A stretch of 59,821 bases of DNA from a virus: IMG/VR virus record IMGVR_UViG_3300037714_000050; one strand, given 5' to 3'. The notes below the pieces were generated by a model, which ran no database searches, had not been told where the DNA came from, and was given only the letters and a program-made list of their open reading frames with translations. A program made the position numbers and the translations under genes. Below, piece by piece: positions 17,398-27,128 of the stretch (position 1 is its first letter; the number at the start of each line of letters is the position of its first letter).

Positions 17398-18125
17398 CAG
17401 ACCGTCACTCCGGTGCTGTCAACCCAGTTGGTCCCGTCCCACCAGATCGCGTGACCAAGGGTTGTATCGAAGAACATGAATCCGACATTGACGGTCACCG
17501 GTCGCTCGGCCGTGGTGCCGTCCGGGTCGGTGGTCAGGGGCCGCGCTACCAGGATCGCGCCCTGGCTGACGTGCGAATCGAGGACACGCCCCACGAACGA
17601 CGACGTGAGCGACGCTGTGAGCGTCCCGGTGGACGAGGCATATACCCGGTCGGCGACGCTGAACGCGGACGTGTTGAGTTCACGCACGATGCCGAACGTC
17701 GTGACCTTCCCGTTGCTGTTGTTCGCGATGTCGTGCGTCGCCACACCGATGACAGTGCCCAGCCCGTTGTCCAGTCCGATCGTCGGCAGGTTCCCCATCG
17801 CCCCGGTTATCCGCACGGCCCGACCGTTGAGAATCGTCGCGCCCGAGTTGTTGCGGACGTTCACCCACTGCTCGTGCCCGAGCTGCAAGATGACGCCCTC
17901 GACGTCGGACATGATCTCCACGATGCCGTCCGACTCGTTCCAGTGCATGTGCCCCGGCGTGTGCACCGGGGTCGGGGGATTGGTCTCGAACAGCAGGCCC
18001 TCTATGGGGTCCGTGCCGTCCGTGCGGCCCCAGATGCTCTCCACGACGGAGCGCATGTCAGCGGCGCTGATTTCGCCGCTCGTGTTGTCCGGCAGCAGGG
18101 CCAGCACCTCTGCGAGTGTCGCCAT
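17397..18125 (-). CDS. Structural protein with fibre-like C-terminus
   Basis: ...GFMFFDTTLGHAIWWDGTNWVDSTG C-terminal motif. AAGGAGAG RBS. Confidence 0.5.
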   Translation of the reverse strand: MATLAEVLALLPDNTSGEISAADMRSVVESIWGRTDGTDPIEGLLFETNPPTPVHTPGHMHWNESDGIVEIMSDVEGVILQLGHEQWVNVRNNSGATILNGRAVRITGAMGNLPTIGLDNGLGTVIGVATHDIANNSNGKVTTFGIVRELNTSAFSVADRVYASSTGTLTASLTSSFVGRVLDSHVSQGAILVARPLTTDPDGTTAERPVTVNVGFMFFDTTLGHAIWWDGTNWVDSTGVTV

Positions 18126-18194
18126 GTTTCTCTCCTTCTACGGGATGAGGGCCAGGCCCATGGTGGACCTGGCCCTCATCCTGTCAGGTGCCGA

Positions 18195-19367
18195 TCACGC
18201 GGTGTACGTGAAGCCGTCCGTCAGGGTGGTGTTCCCGTCCGGGTGGGCAACCTCCACATCAACCAGGCCGGTACCCGCAGGGGTCTCGACGGTGATCTCC
18301 GTGTTGGAGACGACGACGAACGCCGTGCCCGGAGTGGCGTCGAAGTTCACTGCCGTGGCCCCGGTGAAGCCGAAGCCGGTCACCGTGACCGCCGTGCCGC
18401 CAGCCTCGACACCCGTGTTCGGGGTGACTGCCACGATGCCCGCGCCCGCCACGGTCACGTCATCCGTGAAGCTGGAGTCGCCTCGGTATGCAATGAACGT
18501 GTACGTGTCAGCAGCCTCGTAGAGGTGAACGATGTCACCACCCGTCTCGCTGTACTCCCACGTGCCGTCCCCGAAGTCGATCCACCACGGGTCGGTACCT
18601 GCTGGGACGGGGGTGAAGGTGACTTCGAGACCGTTGTTCACCGTGGTGACATCGGTCAGCGCCTCACCATCCGGGTCCAGGAGTGGGCGTGCGCCACACT
18701 CGGCCTCGGGCGGAGCCACCTGCGTGATGATGGCCAGCAGGTGGGTGGTCGGGGTGAGCGCCTGGTTGAGCGGGGCAGGCAGGCTGTCCGCGCCCAGCAC
18801 CACGTCGAACGGGCCGACACCCCAGGCCGCACCGTCACGCGTGGAAGCGTTGGTGACGGTGAAGGTGACCGCATCGTTCTCGATGGTGAAGTCGCCCAGC
18901 ACACCGCCCTGGAGGAACGGCAGGAGGATGTAGCCGAAGTTGCCGGAGCCGCCCTCGGTGGCGCAACCAGAGGTCGCCGGGGAACCGGCCCACACCTCCA
19001 GCGAGAACGCGGTGTCCAGGATGGAGACCGCCGTGTCCTGCGTGAAGCCGATGACGTTGCCGAACGCGTCGGTGTACACGTCCTGGCCGGTCATGATGGC
19101 AAACAGTTCGGGGTCCACCTGGCAGAACTCGACCTCGACCGTGTAGCCAAGGAAGGTCGGGACAGCAGGCTCGTAGACGCAGCGCTCACCAGCCGCGTTC
19201 TGGAGGTTGATCTCCTCGCCGTCGTCAGTGTTGGCGGTGTAGGAGACGGTCACGAACCCCTTGGATGTGACCACGGAGTCGGGTCCATAGATGGGGCGAC
19301 CGCACCCGTCCAGACGGACGACGCGCATCATCCGCCCACGGACGAAGCTAGAGCAGACGGTAGGCAT
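18195..19367 (-). CDS. Major tail protein-like, with C-terminal Ig-like (PKD, IPT/TIG-like) domains
   Basis: 390 aa. C-terminal repeats ...FTPVPAGTDPWWIDFGDG... and ...VTPNTGVEAGGTAVTVTGFGFTGAT... are Ig-like. Confidence 0.55.
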   Translation of the reverse strand: MPTVCSSFVRGRMMRVVRLDGCGRPIYGPDSVVTSKGFVTVSYTANTDDGEEINLQNAAGERCVYEPAVPTFLGYTVEVEFCQVDPELFAIMTGQDVYTDAFGNVIGFTQDTAVSILDTAFSLEVWAGSPATSGCATEGGSGNFGYILLPFLQGGVLGDFTIENDAVTFTVTNASTRDGAAWGVGPFDVVLGADSLPAPLNQALTPTTHLLAIITQVAPPEAECGARPLLDPDGEALTDVTTVNNGLEVTFTPVPAGTDPWWIDFGDGTWEYSETGGDIVHLYEAADTYTFIAYRGDSSFTDDVTVAGAGIVAVTPNTGVEAGGTAVTVTGFGFTGATAVNFDATPGTAFVVVSNTEITVETPAGTGLVDVEVAHPDGNTTLTDGFTYTA

Positions 19368-19370
19368 GGA

Positions 19371-19712
19371 TTACTCCTCGACCAGGTTCTTGATGTCGTC
19401 ACGCGACAGGTCGTCCGTGATCTCTGCGCCCTGGGCCGCTGCGTACTCAGCCCAGGCTTCGCGTGACCCGTTACCGCGAGGCTTCGGGGTCTCCTCTGTG
19501 CGGGGCGCAGAGGGGGCGGGGGAGGGCTCGGGGTACACGACGCCCTCCTGGATGTGATCGACCCCTAGAGCGGCGTCCACGACCTCCTGTGGGGCCATGT
19601 AGCCGCTGCGGGTGGTCTTGACCACCGTGGCAGGGAAGCCCAGGCCCTTGGCTGCTGCCAGGAGAGCCTGGGCGTTCGCCTTGGAGCGAGGGCCGTGGAA
19701 CGCGTTCCCCAT
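19371..19712 (-). CDS. Hypothetical protein with C-terminal HeH/Rho-N-like motif
   Basis: Internal start MGNAFHG, in ATGA overlap. Ends ...AEITDDLSRDDIKNLVEE. Confidence 0.5.
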   Translation of the reverse strand: MGNAFHGPRSKANAQALLAAAKGLGFPATVVKTTRSGYMAPQEVVDAALGVDHIQEGVVYPEPSPAPSAPRTEETPKPRGNGSREAWAEYAAAQGAEITDDLSRDDIKNLVEE

Positions 19713-20512
19713 CAGACAAGCTCCGTCTCGACCAGGATCGCGACCAGGATGCACTCAGCGGTGACGGCGATCATGCGCTCAGCCAGGGCGCGCTGGAGGT
19801 TCAGGTGCTCGCTCGCACCGAGAACCCGGTTGGCGATGACAGGAGTGCGGGCGACTGTGACAGCGCCAGTCATGTAGATCCACGCCTCACCAGCCGCAGG
19901 CGGGTCGCCGCTCGGATCCGCCATGCCCAGGTACCCGCCGCCGTTGGCGACCAGCGAGCCCTGCTTCGTGGTGATCGTGAAGTCCAGACCGAAGGTCAGC
20001 GCCTCCTGAGTCAGACCGATCGACGCCACGTGCCGGTCCATGTGCAGGACCGGGACGCCGCCGTAGTTCGCGCCCGCATACCCCTCCAGGACCGCGATGG
20101 CCTGAGCCACCGTCAGCGCCGTGCCGGGGGCAGGGGTGATGTCGGTAGCGCCAGCGAAGACGTGCTCCGCCATGCCCTCCTCGACCGCGATGTGCTCGGT
20201 CAGTTCCAGGCCGTGACGCGCCCAGTCGGAGTCGTCGTCCACCATCCAGGTGCACTCGACGCCCTTGTAGACCGCGAAGGGGGTGCCCGTGATGACGTCG
20301 ATCTCATCGAACGTCTTCTCAGCGCGCTCCGCAGCGGTCAGACAGGCGGGGTCGTCCAGGCTGGAAGCGACCCCGCAGTTCTCAGACAGGTACGTGGCGC
20401 CGGACGCACCGACATGCACGTCAGCGTCTACGACGTTGGCGACCGCATAGAGGCCACCCGCAGCCGGGGCGACCGCTGGAGCCTCGATGTAGACAGGGTT
20501 AGCAAGGGGCAT
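19712..20512 (-). CDS. Hypothetical head-associated structural protein (266 aa)
   Basis: ORF after the major capsid gene with an AAGGAGG RBS. Confidence 0.55.
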   Translation of the reverse strand: MPLANPVYIEAPAVAPAAGGLYAVANVVDADVHVGASGATYLSENCGVASSLDDPACLTAAERAEKTFDEIDVITGTPFAVYKGVECTWMVDDDSDWARHGLELTEHIAVEEGMAEHVFAGATDITPAPGTALTVAQAIAVLEGYAGANYGGVPVLHMDRHVASIGLTQEALTFGLDFTITTKQGSLVANGGGYLGMADPSGDPPAAGEAWIYMTGAVTVARTPVIANRVLGASEHLNLQRALAERMIAVTAECILVAILVETELV

Positions 20513-20579
20513 CCGCCGACCTCCTTTCCATCAGGGGATGAGGGGGTGCTGCGGCGGGCAGCACCCCCTCATCGGGAGA

Positions 20580-22232
20580 TCACGCCTCGACGTAGGCGGG
20601 CGGTGCCTCGCCGAAGTCCTGGTTGATGATGGCCGCAGCCGTCAGACCAGTGACCGCGAGGTCGATGGAGAGGCGACGCGGGTCGTGGCAGACGTTGGCG
20701 AGAGCCACGCCCTCCTCAGCGAACAGCGCCGTGTAGGTGTTGGTGCTCAGGCCCGTGGAGTCGTACACGGCGTCGAGACGGATCACGTCGTCGGTCAGCA
20801 TCACGAAGGTGCCAGCCGGGTACATGATCGTCTCCAGCGTGTCCGGGTAGTCCGTGGCGATGCCAGCGGTCGCCACATCCAGCGGCTGGTAGTTGTACAG
20901 CCACTGCACCCGCAGACCGCGCGTGGTGAAGAACGCGTCCAGCATGGCGTCGGTGACGTTCACCATGTCCACGCCGGTCCGGTTCGCCAGGTCGGCACGA
21001 AGCGCCGGACGGACCCAGAACGGGAGCAGAACCTCCAGCGTGGCGGAACGCGACATGCGGAACCGCTCGCGCTCGCCCTCGGCCACCAGCTCCAGGGCGT
21101 GGAGGACAGACATCGCGTTGGCCCACACGTCCGGCACCGGGATGGCAGCACCCGTGATGGCCTCGGCCGCAGCGATCATCCGCGCGGAGACCGCGTGGCG
21201 CTGGGCGATGAGGACACCCTCGATGTACCGGCGGATCAGCTCCGGGTACGCGGCGTTGGTCAGGATGCCTGCGCTGATGCAGACGTACGCGGCGTCGAGA
21301 CGAACGTCCTCGAACGGCGGGCACTCCACCTCGATGCAGACCTTGACGGTGGCAGCCTCGGCCTCGGCCTCGGTCTGGAACGCGGTGACCGCGTAGGCGT
21401 AGAAGTCCTCGAAGTTCGGACCCTTGGTGAAGTTGATGCCACCACGGTTGACCTGAACCTCGGGGAGGTCCCAGAGGCCATCGGTCGACTCGATGGAGCA
21501 CAGGTCGTACAGGGTCTCGGACGGGGCGCACCAGCCACCGGCAGCGGTCAGCGAGCCACCCGGCAGGCGGGTCTCCACGGACGCGGCCTGGATCAGGTCC
21601 TGCGTGCTGCGGTAGTTGTCGATGCTCAGGCCGTCAGTGCGCTGCTTGGTGATGTGCGCGACGCCATAGCGGTTCTGCACGTTCCCGACCTTGCCGCGCG
21701 GCATGGCCTGGAAGCGCTCGATCGCGCCCTTGCTCACGTCGTCCAGGCTGTCCAGGACAGAGCCAGTGGCGAAGCCCGGAACGTCGGCCGCAGCCGTGAT
21801 GACCGGGGTCACCTTGTTCGGGACCTCAGGGGCAGGGGTGGCCGCAGCGGCACGCTTGACCACTCGGGTCTTCTCCTTCTTGGCGCTACCGCTGGCGGTA
21901 ACCAGTTCCTTGGTGGCGTCCTCGACCTCGGGCTCAGGCTCCGGGTCCTCCGTGACGGGCTCCGGGTCGTCCTCGACCTCGGGCTCAGCGGAGAGTGCAG
22001 TTGCCTTGGCGCGCTGGGCAGCGCGGTCCTCGGCCTTGGCGGTGAGAGCGGCCTCCTGCTCAACACCGGCCTCGATGAACGAGGTCAGCTCCTTGAGCCG
22101 GTCCAGGTTCTCGTCGGTGAACTCGTCATCCGCGATGGCGTTGACGGTGCGCGCCTCCTCACGAGCCTGCGTGAGGGCGGCAGCGAGGTCAGTGCCCGAC
22201 AGGGCAGTGATGTCCTCGGGGATTACGAACAT
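20580..22232 (-). CDS. Major capsid protein with N-terminal scaffold-like (acidic coiled-coil) region
   Basis: 550 aa. The N-terminal 150 aa are Glu/Ala/Pro-rich, followed by an HK97-fold-like body. AAGGAG RBS. Confidence 0.8.
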   Translation of the reverse strand: MFVIPEDITALSGTDLAAALTQAREEARTVNAIADDEFTDENLDRLKELTSFIEAGVEQEAALTAKAEDRAAQRAKATALSAEPEVEDDPEPVTEDPEPEPEVEDATKELVTASGSAKKEKTRVVKRAAAATPAPEVPNKVTPVITAAADVPGFATGSVLDSLDDVSKGAIERFQAMPRGKVGNVQNRYGVAHITKQRTDGLSIDNYRSTQDLIQAASVETRLPGGSLTAAGGWCAPSETLYDLCSIESTDGLWDLPEVQVNRGGINFTKGPNFEDFYAYAVTAFQTEAEAEAATVKVCIEVECPPFEDVRLDAAYVCISAGILTNAAYPELIRRYIEGVLIAQRHAVSARMIAAAEAITGAAIPVPDVWANAMSVLHALELVAEGERERFRMSRSATLEVLLPFWVRPALRADLANRTGVDMVNVTDAMLDAFFTTRGLRVQWLYNYQPLDVATAGIATDYPDTLETIMYPAGTFVMLTDDVIRLDAVYDSTGLSTNTYTALFAEEGVALANVCHDPRRLSIDLAVTGLTAAAIINQDFGEAPPAYVEA

Positions 22233-22320
22233 TTCGCACTCCTTCTGGATACGGATGGGGCGTGTAGGTACTGCACGCGCCCTTCGGGCACCCAGTCGTG
22301 CGACTTGCTTCTGACAAGAG

Positions 22321-22357
22321 GATAGCGCTTGCCGTCAACATCTAGGCAAGCGCTATC
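22321..22357 (-). other. 13-bp-stem hairpin upstream of the capsid gene
   Basis: GATAGCGCTTGCC gtcaacatcta GGCAAGCGCTATC. Possible attenuator or processing site. Confidence 0.4.
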
Positions 22358-22366
22358 TCTCAGGGG

Positions 22367-22510
22367 TCAGTTCGGTTCGTACTTCCCGCCCTTGGTGGCC
22401 ACCTGGTACTTGGCCTCCGTCTCGGACCGGTAGGTCGCCGTCTTGCCGTCCGGGTACGTCACCTTGTACGACTTCGACGCGCCCTTCTTCTTGCCACAGT
22501 TACATGCCAT
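22367..22510 (-). CDS. Small basic protein (47 aa)
   Basis: MACNCGKKKGASKSYKVTYPDGKTATYRSE... with a GGAG RBS. Absent from the ORF track because it is under 60 aa. Confidence 0.5.
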   Translation of the reverse strand: MACNCGKKKGASKSYKVTYPDGKTATYRSETEAKYQVATKGGKYEPN

Positions 22511-22530
22511 CTCTGCTCCTTGGTGTGTTC

Positions 22531-25035
22531 TCAGCGGACCCGGCCGCTAAGCCGCTTGCGCTCCTGAGACCGGTAGCGCGCCTTGGACTTGCGGGTCTCC
22601 TGACGGAAGGCCAGTTCCTTCTCCACGGCCTTGGCGAACTCCTTGGCGGAGACTGGCGTGGCCAGTTCCTCCATAGCCTTGTCCGTCGCCGTGCGCTCCA
22701 CCATGCCAGCCGCCACCAGGGAGGTCTGGACCCCAGCAGCAGCCGCGAGGGACAGGCGGGGGATCGGGAAGCCAGGGACGTTGACGGCCAGCGCCGCCAC
22801 CAGTTCCAGGTCGCCGCCGATGCGACGCCAGTCGCCGGACAGGTTGCTCGCCTTGAACTGTCGGATCTGCTCAGGGGTCAGGTTCGGGCGCATGGCACCG
22901 GAGAACCAGATGCCGAACTCGTCCTCGCCGGTCACCACGTCAGCGACCACGGCGTTCGTGTTGTCGTAGTGCGCGATGGCACCCATGGCGCTGGCCTTGT
23001 CACTCGCGTGGCCGATACCCATCGTCAGGTTGCCCACCGGGACCTCGCCCTGGTCGGTGTCGATGACCCCGGTGCGGAAGTAGGCGTAGTTCGTTGCGCT
23101 CGGGGGAGCGGCGGTGCAGTCGTCACCACGGTTGATCGACAGGCCCAGGCCCGTGTGGCAGGTGCCCCACTGGGCGATGTGCCCGAAGACTCGACCCTCC
23201 TCGGTAACGGTGACGGGCGTGGGTGCAGTCAGTTCGGGGTCAGCGAACCAGGCGGCGGGAAGCGTGGTGGTCTCCTCAGTGACGATGGTGAAGGCGGATG
23301 CCACGACGGCACCCGCTACGGTGCGTGCGCTGTGGCGGCCGGGCCAGGTGCCCAGCGCCACATAGTGCAGGTTCGCGCACGTACCAGCCAGCCACTCAGG
23401 GTTGGCGATGTACTCACGAAGCTGACGACGGCAGCGGTTGAAGTCGCCAGGCGCGCCCCAGCGGATCCGTGCCGCGCCAGGACCACGGGTCCAGTAGTTG
23501 CGCAGGCGCTGAGTTGGAACCGGGTGAGAGATCCAGCCTGGGCCATCCTTGGTGCCGGGGGCGAACGCGCTAGCCGTGACCGCCTCGGGCGGCTCCTCGT
23601 CCAGTCGGCGGTAGGCGGCAACCAGGCGGCGCTTGCCAGCAGAGACCGCCGCTGGGGGAGCGTCCACCTGGTCAATGCGTGCCGCAGCGTTGTGCACGGC
23701 GGCGCGGTTCAGGTCGCCGTTCGGCTCCAGGATCGGGACGGCGTAGCGCTCCTTGGCGGTCCCGAACGACTCGCCCCGGTCTACGACAGTGCTGGCCACC
23801 CACTCCTCATCGGTGAAGCGCGATGCGGAACCGTCCCACTCCGCGTCGGAGATGGCGAACTCGACCAGGGTCGCGTAGTGCTCGTCCAGTTCCTTGGCGA
23901 CGCACGGCACGCACCCGGAAGCCAGGAGGTCGTCATCCTCCACCTCGGGGATGGGGTCGCCGCCCAGGATCGCGTACGCCCCGGTGAATGCCGGGATGTC
24001 CACGAGCGTGGCGGCGCGAATGCGACCGGTTACGTCCATGCGGAACATCTCACCGGCTGCCATCGCCTCCTCGGGGTCGTCCAGAAGCTCCATGGTCGTG
24101 GAGTCCAGGTCTACCGAGATCCCCATCCGGCCCTCAGCCAGGAGACCAGTCACCTCGTCCGCCTCGGCGGTGTTCAGGAGGTTGCCGGACCAGCGAACCA
24201 TGTCGCCGTCCTGCCAGATGTCCGTGATCGTGCCGACCCGGACCGCGCCGTCGTGCTGACCGGCGTCGGCCTTGACCCAGCGCAGCGCAAGCGGCGGCTC
24301 ATCCCAGGTTGCCTCGGTGATCTGCCGCCCATCGCCCGCGCGCTCGCTCAGGGGCACCAGGACGCCGCCGACAGGGAGCGCATCGAACTCGAACTCGTTC
24401 TCGGACTCGATCATGGGCGGCTCATCGTCCACCACCGGCAGATCTTCCACCGTCTCGTTCATCGCGAAGGTCTGTGCGCTCATCTCGTCTCCCTGGACCG
24501 GGCGTACGACGCACCGGCAGTTGATCCATACCTCAGGCGGCCCGATGGGCTGCCCGGGGAAGCTCAGTTCCCACTGTCCCACCGGGAAGGTGCCCCCGAC
24601 AGGTCGCTGAACACCCTGAAGGGGCCGATGAAGGCCGCGAACGTCCTCATCGCGCATCGTGACCCACTCCAGGAGCACCGCACCCTCATCCTGGGCCGCG
24701 ACAAGGGTCGTCGCGGCGTTGATGGCGTACGTGGCGACCCATCGGGCGATCCGATCCACCTGAACGTCGCTCGGGGGGTCGCTCGGGGGAGTGGTCTGGG
24801 CCAGGGACTCGCCCAGGGACTCCAGGAACTCCGGAGTGACCGCGATATCAGCGTCCAGGGACTCGACGGTCTGGTTCCAGACCTGGGTGGCAGCCTCCAG
24901 GACCCCAGAAAACATGTTTTCTGAGCCGAAATCGTCCAGAGCCTGGCGGACAGGCCCCATCAGAAGGTCGGCAGCGTCCACCATCTCCTCGCTGCGCTGT
25001 GCGATGAAGGTTTCGAGCCCATCGTCGAAGATCAT
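22531..25035 (-). CDS. MuF-like minor capsid protein fused to capsid maturation protease
   Basis: 834 aa. VWINCRCV is MuF/SPP1 gp7-like in the N-terminal part, followed by a protease-like middle and C-terminal region. ATGA overlap with the portal stop. Confidence 0.75.
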   Translation of the reverse strand: MIFDDGLETFIAQRSEEMVDAADLLMGPVRQALDDFGSENMFSGVLEAATQVWNQTVESLDADIAVTPEFLESLGESLAQTTPPSDPPSDVQVDRIARWVATYAINAATTLVAAQDEGAVLLEWVTMRDEDVRGLHRPLQGVQRPVGGTFPVGQWELSFPGQPIGPPEVWINCRCVVRPVQGDEMSAQTFAMNETVEDLPVVDDEPPMIESENEFEFDALPVGGVLVPLSERAGDGRQITEATWDEPPLALRWVKADAGQHDGAVRVGTITDIWQDGDMVRWSGNLLNTAEADEVTGLLAEGRMGISVDLDSTTMELLDDPEEAMAAGEMFRMDVTGRIRAATLVDIPAFTGAYAILGGDPIPEVEDDDLLASGCVPCVAKELDEHYATLVEFAISDAEWDGSASRFTDEEWVASTVVDRGESFGTAKERYAVPILEPNGDLNRAAVHNAAARIDQVDAPPAAVSAGKRRLVAAYRRLDEEPPEAVTASAFAPGTKDGPGWISHPVPTQRLRNYWTRGPGAARIRWGAPGDFNRCRRQLREYIANPEWLAGTCANLHYVALGTWPGRHSARTVAGAVVASAFTIVTEETTTLPAAWFADPELTAPTPVTVTEEGRVFGHIAQWGTCHTGLGLSINRGDDCTAAPPSATNYAYFRTGVIDTDQGEVPVGNLTMGIGHASDKASAMGAIAHYDNTNAVVADVVTGEDEFGIWFSGAMRPNLTPEQIRQFKASNLSGDWRRIGGDLELVAALAVNVPGFPIPRLSLAAAAGVQTSLVAAGMVERTATDKAMEELATPVSAKEFAKAVEKELAFRQETRKSKARYRSQERKRLSGRVR
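24906..24923. promoter_or_regulatory. Palindromic motif copy 2/13 (CAGAAAACATGTTTTCTG), intragenic
   Basis: Inside the MuF-protease gene, where it encodes SENMFSG. Confidence 0.5.
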
Positions 25036-26810
25036 GAGGCCACCTTCAGCAGATTGACGAAGCCGCGCATCATCTCCGGGTCGTGAGGCTTCTGCTCCAC
25101 CAGGATTGCCCGCGTGTAGGCGTCCAGACAGTCCGTCAGGCGCTCAGAGTTGACCCCCCAGCGGTGCGCGAACCGCTCCACAGCGCTCCAGGCGTCCTCC
25201 AGCACGAAGTCCAGCGCCCCGGTATCCACCTTGTGGTACATGTATGTCTCAGCTGCGGCCACGCCGGGGATTCTGCGCTGCGTCTTGTTCTTCAGCCGGT
25301 TCCCGGCGCGCTCCAGAGCCCGGAACACGAGGACTTCGCACGCGGCGAGCATGGCGATCTCGCTCTCGTCCGGGATATCGCGGCGCGGGTGGTCCTCCAG
25401 CGAGGGAGTGGGGCGCGCTTCCTGGATCTCAGGCCGGTCGGATGGAGCATCCGGGTCGTCCCGGACCTCCAGTTCGATACCGAGCGCCCGCAGAGCGGCC
25501 TCCACGATCTCCGGAGTGGTCTGGCCGGAGGCGACCTTGTTCAGGAACCAGCGCTTGTGCTCCGCCTCGTCCTGGATGTCGTCTGGCTTGAACCCGGTCT
25601 CGATGGCCAGGGTCTCCGCGCTCAGGACGCCACGGTCCCACAGCTCCAGAGCCTCCTCCGAGCGGTTCGGACGCAGCCGCATCTCCGAGGTGTCCACGCC
25701 GATGCCGTACGAACGGGCGTCGTCGGGGGGCAGCGCCGCTACACCGTCGCCTCCCTGGATGAGCATGGGGCGCAGGTAGCCCGTCGCCAGGTCGTCCGCG
25801 ATGCGGTTCAGCAGCGGTTCGGTGTGGGACTTGATGGAGGACTCATCGATCGACCAGGACGACCAGTGGTTGGTGTCACCCTGTCCGGTCAGGATCTCCG
25901 GGGGCATGTCCATGGACAGCGCGAGTCGGCGGATGGCCTCGGTGCGCAGTTCGATGGCGTGGTTGTCCAGTTCGGACCAGAACTGGAGGTGGTGGACGTG
26001 CTCGATGACCTCACCGTCAGCGGTGACGACGATCGGAACCAGCGCGCTGGCGTCCTCGCGGTTCATGATGGCGCGACCCATCACGTCCTGGAGGACATCC
26101 ACGAACGCATCAGCGTTCCCAGTGATGGTGTTGCCGTCCTCCGTCTTGACCGCGAATGTCATCTGGTTCGGGAGGAACAGGATGCCAGCGCTGGACAGGC
26201 GGGAGTCCACCTGTGCAGCGACGTGCATCGTCAGACGCTCGATCTCCGACAGGATCGGCAGAGCGGCACGGGAGGGGGAGGTGGCCGCGCTGTTGTCCAC
26301 AGGGTGCGGACGCCAGATGCGCATCATGAACGGGTCGCCCGCGACGGGCTTGCCGTTGATCGTGTAGTCGTCGCCGGTCTTCTTGATCCGACTCGGGGCT
26401 ACTACCTGCCACTGCTCCTGGCCGTCCTCTTCGAAGCCCACCACCCAGGCTTCACCAGCGACCGTGTAGTGGACGCCGATCTGCTGGAGCGCGGTGGAGC
26501 GGCCCTGCTCGTCGTAGAACAGGGCCTCGACCAGACGTGAGGCCGGGTCGGTCGGGGGGAGGCGGCGCGGCCCATCCCCGTCATCGATGGTGGCGTACAG
26601 CTTCGCCCGGGACAGGAGGTTGCCCACCCAGTTCACGGCGTAGGCGTACTCGCCCACCGTGTTGTAGAAGTGCCACGCCGCGTCCTGCCAGCCGGTGCCG
26701 GAGCGCGCGATCTTGTTGGGATCGACGCCGCGCGTGATGCGCTTGGCACTAGCCACCAGGCTCTTGCTCGGCAGCGGGTCATCCCCTCGGGTCTTCTTCA
26801 GTCGTGCCAT
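25032..26810 (-). CDS. Portal protein
   Basis: 592 aa, located between the terminase and the MuF/protease gene. Confidence 0.8.
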   Translation of the reverse strand: MARLKKTRGDDPLPSKSLVASAKRITRGVDPNKIARSGTGWQDAAWHFYNTVGEYAYAVNWVGNLLSRAKLYATIDDGDGPRRLPPTDPASRLVEALFYDEQGRSTALQQIGVHYTVAGEAWVVGFEEDGQEQWQVVAPSRIKKTGDDYTINGKPVAGDPFMMRIWRPHPVDNSAATSPSRAALPILSEIERLTMHVAAQVDSRLSSAGILFLPNQMTFAVKTEDGNTITGNADAFVDVLQDVMGRAIMNREDASALVPIVVTADGEVIEHVHHLQFWSELDNHAIELRTEAIRRLALSMDMPPEILTGQGDTNHWSSWSIDESSIKSHTEPLLNRIADDLATGYLRPMLIQGGDGVAALPPDDARSYGIGVDTSEMRLRPNRSEEALELWDRGVLSAETLAIETGFKPDDIQDEAEHKRWFLNKVASGQTTPEIVEAALRALGIELEVRDDPDAPSDRPEIQEARPTPSLEDHPRRDIPDESEIAMLAACEVLVFRALERAGNRLKNKTQRRIPGVAAAETYMYHKVDTGALDFVLEDAWSAVERFAHRWGVNSERLTDCLDAYTRAILVEQKPHDPEMMRGFVNLLKVAS

Positions 26811-26813
26811 GCC

Positions 26814-27128
26814 TTACCCCCGTGCCTTGATAGCGAGCCATGCCGTGGCGAAGGACGCCGCCAGCCAGCCGTTGACGATCCACCACGCGGGGTGCAGGTC
26901 TGTCACCACGGCGAGGATGAGATTCGGTGCGACGATCCACGGCGCAGCGCACCACGGGCAGTCCACCAGCTTGTACCAAGGACCGTTGTCTGTGACCCCG
27001 GCCCACCAGATGCGGAACCAGACCACGGGTGGCCACGTGTCATGAACGACAAGGTTCACGAGCCTGGCGGTGGACAGCGCGCCGACGATCACGGCACCGA
27101 TGATGTAGAGGATTTCCGTCACGACCAT
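26814..27128 (-). CDS. Membrane protein (Trp-rich, DUF1360-like)
   Basis: 104 aa with three hydrophobic segments. Overlaps the terminase stop. Confidence 0.55.
   Translation of the reverse strand: MVVTEILYIIGAVIVGALSTARLVNLVVHDTWPPVVWFRIWWAGVTDNGPWYKLVDCPWCAAPWIVAPNLILAVVTDLHPAWWIVNGWLAASFATAWLAIKARG

Noticed and set aside
17451-26540. Very long + strand ORFs opposite the structural genes (17451-19466, 19805-20626, 20538-22325, 22504-24924, 25083-26540)
   Set aside because: Their composition is dominated by Arg/Gly/Asp/His/Val and no motifs are recognisable. Each lies antisense to a gene with a strong functional signature, so they are shadow ORFs.
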